From Antedon mediterranea (Eukaryota; Animalia; Echinodermata), in assembly GCF_964355755.1 (NCBI RefSeq), contig NC_092670.1, positions 6,996,201 to 7,060,200 of the forward strand: a stretch of 64,000 bases of DNA. Direction: 5' to 3'. Of this stretch, positions 63,757-64,000 are shown in pieces; the first letter of the stretch is position 1; every line of letters begins with the position of its first letter. Below the pieces are notes generated by a model. That model was not told the origin of the DNA, did not search any database, and worked only from the letters and a program-made list of their open reading frames with translations. The position numbers and the translations under genes are program-made.

Positions 63757-64000
63757 GTAATACTACAATCTAAATAAGTTAAAGTATAAAGTTAACTTAT
63801 TGTGATTACATTACTAGAAATGCGACTGATTATTTTAGCAATATACTATAACAATTTAATCAGCTTCATTACACAACATAGAGATGCACCGAAAAGCTAT
63901 AAAAAAACAGGTGTAACTAGCCTAATACTACTACTACCAATAATTAGCAATATCCACATAAGCTTACAGCTATATATTATTTTTAATTATTGCTTAATCA

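Overview
AT-rich eukaryotic DNA, inferred to be from a marine invertebrate (echinoderm-like gene and repeat content). It holds part of one + strand mosaic extracellular-protein gene built entirely of phase 1-1 exons: CUB, MAM (2 exons), LDLa, 11 HYR (hyalin-repeat) exons (a 5-exon cassette tandemly duplicated, plus one more), a somatomedin-B exon and several 51-54 bp micro-exons. No start or stop exon was found. About half of the window (1-18236 and 23879-34671) is a satellite-like array. It resolves into about 30 non-autonomous Helentron-type (HINE/DINE-1-like) elements that are nested into each other's microsatellite or joined head to tail. Other mobile DNA: a truncated Gmr1-type Gypsy element (LTR, tRNA-Leu PBS, gag-PR-INT), a second HINE family, a CAC-terminated transposon with a 4-bp TSD and asymmetric bipartite ends, a 3'-truncated RTE-like LINE, a non-autonomous Helitron and a rearranged copy of it, two foldback palindromes, two MITEs and two 5S rRNA-derived fragments. 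Most short ORFs in the supplied track are repeat artefacts. All coordinates and counts were read by eye.
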